Assembly: GCA_040285825.1 (NCBI GenBank)
Contig: JAUPSS010000004.1
Span: forward strand, 5,547,784 to 5,611,783
Reading direction: 5' to 3'
Length of the DNA: 64,000 nt
Origin: Eukaryota sp. TZLM1-RC
Taxonomy: Eukaryota > Protista > Metamonada: BaSk clade
The notes beneath the pieces were generated by a model. That model saw only the letters and a program-made list of their open reading frames with translations. It ran no database searches and had not been told where the DNA came from. Position numbers and translations under genes: made by a program. Below, piece after piece: positions 59,944 to 64,000 of this stretch (position 1 is its first letter; each line of letters begins with the position of its first letter).

Positions 59944-62900
59944 ACTGTGGTCAGGCATGCAATGTTTTTATGATCTGTGAAAATTGTTAAATGTCTAGTT
60001 AACAAGTAGTTTTCTAAACAACTTTCAGTTAAAATCAAAAGTATTGCATATAATTCTTTTTGTAATGTGGACCATTTTCTTTGTGTTTCTGTAAGTAATC
60101 TACTATAGAATGACAAAGGTTTTACTTTCCTTTTATTTAGCGGGGTTCCTGCAGGGGAGTAGGGTTCAACTTCTTGCCAAATTACGCCTCCTACTGCTAC
60201 ATCTGAAGCGTCAGTATTTATCAATATTCGCTTGCCCGGAGCCGGTAATTCAAGGGGCATGTGGTTTACTGTTAGCATGATTATGACTATTTGGGATGTT
60301 CTTTAATCCGAAGCAAGCTCTTTTAAACATGATTGACCTTCCAGGAATTGAGATTGATGTTTTCTCAATATCCTTTTCAGCTACATTCATCTGCCAGAAA
60401 GCTTTTGGTAAATCAAGCGTGGCGATGCAATTTGCTCTACTCAAAAATTCTAAAATATCACTAATCCTAGGTAGATTAGGCTCTACTGAAATCGTATGGG
60501 CATTAACTCCATCTTTACCACTAAAGTCTCCAGTTAACCTGGGTTTCTTGCCGTCAGGATATATAACTAAGACAATAGGAGAGCTGAATTTATAATTAGA
60601 TTCAACTGCATAACCCATTTCGATCAGTTCATCAAATATTTTGTTTGCTATTTCCATTTTGCTGGGATTTAACCGTCTAGCAGGCTTGTGTACTATAGCA
60701 TTCTCATCTCTAAAGGGGATTGTTAGAGGATTACAATCGATTCCTTTTCTATTAGGAGTTTCACTAAAAACATCGCTGAATAATTTAGTAGACTCGTTAA
60801 TTTTAATTTATTATTACTATCATCTAAATTTATCTCACATCCAGATCTTGCTAATTGCTCCTCAAAATCAGAACCACTTGGTGATTGGTTATCTAAGTTC
60901 CCAATCGAATGTTGATCGATCCTAGAGTCGAATTCTGATTCTGCATTTAGCAAAGTGCGGTGTTCTTTGTCTAATCTAATGAAAGGACCATCATCCGTCT
61001 GAAGCCCAAGTGCTTTTAACATGTCTGTCCCTATTAATAATTTGTTCGAACCCGGGATTATGGGAAGAGTATGTTTATAATGAACTTGTTGCGCAATGCT
61101 TCCTACGTTGAAGGACAGAATACCAGTTGCACTCCCTAGCGATTTTGTGGATACGTTATTAGCTGGTAAGAACTTAATAGTATCCTTGCTATTGATTGAC
61201 ATATGGCATTGTTCAGCTAAATCTGCAGTAATAACTGAACAAAACGCTGCCGAATCTATAGTCGCAATCATTTTAATATCATTTATTGATATCTCCAGTC
61301 TTAGAAATGGAGAACGCTGGGACCTGATGTGGTTTTCACTAACCGTAGAATTAATATCAAAAATACTATTGATGTCAGAGCTGGATTGGTGAATTAGTAG
61401 AGGAATAAAAAGATTTTGTTGAGCTGTTGGAAAGTTGTTGACCGGGTTTCCTAAATCGGTTGTTGATTGATTGTGATTGATTGCGTTGATGTGTACCCGA
61501 TTAGGTAAGTTGCCTGTCCTGCTGTTCCGGTTGCTGTAGTTGATCCGTCTATGAGGAACCGTACTCGAACGGGTCGGTTTTGACTCAGTAGGGGATGCGT
61601 TTGATGATATATTCTCTGTAGTGTTGATGTTATAAATAGGTCTGTACTGACCTCTACCTTTATAACCTCTAAAACGGCCTCCACGGCCTCTAAATTTGAA
61701 TCTATGTACACGTCTACCACGACCACCTCGGCCCCTATCTACACTGCCTCTACTAGCAGGCGCCTCCTGTTCTCCTAATCTAAATCTTTCCTCTTTGGGA
61801 ACTCTGCTTCTAGCACAACAAGGGTCTTTGCATTCGAATACAGTGTGGCCAACAGGATTGTTACCTTCGACGTTGCTGCAGAATGTACAGAATTTTGATC
61901 CTTCTCGTTCATGCTTTTCAGGGATGTATTTGTGTTGAGGGGTTCCTCTTGACTTTCCACCTGATCGTCTTACTCGTTTTGATGGAGCCTGGGCTGATGG
62001 TGTTACTCCTCTTGAGTAAGTTCTCATCGCCGTGAGTCCCAAAGGAATATCTTCTTCATTAGCCCTGTTCCTTAGTACATCCATTGTGGGTTTGTTTCCT
62101 GCTGTGTAACACCAAGCGAGGAAATGTCTTCTCGTTGTTGATATCAAATCGAGTAGAGTTGTTCTGTTCGGTGAGTCCCACAAGGATTCCCTAGTCCATA
62201 CTGGAAGGAGTTCACTTGATATAGCAAAGTTATCCAAACCCATAAGGAAGTACTCGGCTATTAGAACGGGAGATATGGTTATCAGCCCACTGCTTCCTCT
62301 AATTGAATCGGGTATGGTTAGGTCGGTCATGTAGGTGGTCATTCTCAAGACGTCTCCAAAATCTTCTACATAACGACCAAACTCGTTGTCAGCCTCATGC
62401 CTATTGTGGATTTTTCTCCAGTTAATTCTAGGCTTCATTAGAGCTGTACAGGCCTCGTGATATGATGTGAATTGTGTTCTTTTTAACAGAAATACCATGA
62501 CGTCGGCGTCGGTATAATCAACACCGAGTAAACCTTGACTTTGCCATCTGGATAAAAGGCTAGGGTCAATCATGCTGGATATTCCTGTAGGGCAAGTGCT
62601 CATCATCATGCTCCTAAATAAATCATAATGGTGGATTGGGGGTCCGAGCTTATCTGTTATAGCTGGGTCAATCCTTACCAAAGGCTGTGTTGTATCCCTG
62701 GTGATCTCGTCGCGTATATGTTTGGGGAGATCTTTAATCCTATCTTGGGTTATTTCTGCTTGGCCTTCTCCAAATAGCTGGGTAGCTATCAAAAGGCTCT
62801 GGTCCAATCTGATTGACCTGGGGCTTCAAAGCTTCTATTAGCTATCTTTCGCCCGTATTTATCCCAAGTTTTTAAAAGAAAAGCTATGATAGACATTTTG

Positions 62901-64000
62901 TTGATAGGGTCATCAGCGGATAATCGAGGTCTTTTATAGTCGATATCCTTAGACCGTGGATCAATCTGTCTATGAAGGCTACTAGCTATGCTCATGTCAA
63001 TAGCTCTTCTTGAGGATTGTAGGTCCTCAATACGCATAGATCTGTCGGAAGAAGAGTTTCTTACTGAGGGTTGAGGAGGAGCCGTTTCTCCAACGACTGG
63101 CCCGTTCAACTCTATGTCTTCTCCGATTACACATTCCATAGGTTGGAAGGAAGTTGGTTCTTCCTGAGGAGCAACGTCTTGTTTTGTTACAGGTTCCGGG
63201 ACGTTCACTGTTGGAACGTGTTGGGGTATGCTGTCGATAGAGCAGACCTGTATTGGTTGGCTTTTTTCAGAAATAAAAGGAGCTACAACAGGCAATTTCG
63301 GAAGGTGGAGAGATGTGGATGGATCTTCCGTTACCCATTGTCTAAACTCTGGTTGTTTCGTGAACGAGTTACCATGTTGTTGGATGTAGTTGTTAGGACG
63401 GTTCCCATACGTGGATACAGCTGATCGTTCCGTATGAATGTTATTTAAAGCGTCTGCATCGAACCAGGGTGTTACTGGTTCAAGCTTATCTTGTTCACTA
63501 CTGTCCTCCTGCTCCATGAATTCCCTAAAATATGTGGGAGCACCCTCTGTCAGCTCCGTGTAGTTATGGATTTCCGTATCAAAGTTAGGATCAAACCAGG
63601 CAGGCAATTTGGATTGTAGGATGTCTTCCGAGTCGGTCCTACTTCTCTGCTCGATGGAGAGAAACCTTATTCTTCTGCCATGTTGGTCTAGGAAGAAAGC
63701 CTTCCAATCGAATCTATCCTTGATGGAAAGGGACATCATCTCGTTAAATCTTTTTGTCCATGCCAGAGATTCTGGGACGTCGCTCTGCGTTACGCCCGAA
63801 CGTCTCTTTGCTCAATTTATCAAGAGCTTTGATGAGTTCATTCCTTTCATTGAGGGGAATTTCTGATACCTTTTGGGTATCCCCAACCATACCGAGGGTG
63901 TGGAAACCAACGTTTTTGCCTCTTTTACGAATGTAACTCCACAGAGGAGGAAGCTGCTCGAATAGACAGAAATCTGTTGGTTCGAGGTAAGCTTCCGCAT

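Larger units (their letters stand above)
55516..64000 (-). mobile_element. Sister Ty3/gypsy element: 3'-truncated, internally deleted in RT, interrupted by a nested insertion, and extending beyond the window
   Basis: ORFs 62789-63739, 60723-62807, 60250-60657, 59928-60278 and 55391-56686 are colinear homologues of the 35443-42150 polyprotein; the YIDD region is missing at ~60285; homology stops at ~55516 before the chromo domain and LTR. Confidence 0.9.

Overview
AT-rich eukaryotic genomic DNA using the standard genetic code. It probably comes from a compact-genome flagellated protist: there is a kinesin-2 and three 28-34 nt introns, and a metamonad-like organism is only an inference. The left half carries housekeeping genes: a RUN + Rubicon-homology protein with a 45-bp minisatellite, a SCYL2-like pseudokinase, DDX49/Dbp8, PSMB4, kinesin-2, and an RCC1-PH protein with a decayed head-to-head paralog. 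These are interspersed with 5'-truncated non-LTR retrotransposons of the restriction-like-endonuclease (RLE) type and a small 5S rDNA array. The right half is a ~44-unit 5S rDNA array (384-bp units). It is interrupted by a 170-bp LINE 3' end and by a full-length Ty3/gypsy element with identical LTRs of only 81 bp. A sister Ty3/gypsy element follows and hosts a nested 3.15-kb RT-less LTR element whose single ORF runs from LTR to LTR. The most notable observation is that both LTR families lack a canonical tRNA primer-binding site. In its place, in identical register at the 5'-LTR boundary, both carry a 12-nt palindrome (CA|ATAnnTAT|TG) inside a hairpin with the same bulge architecture but different sequence. 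This is a candidate tRNA-independent priming or dimerisation system.
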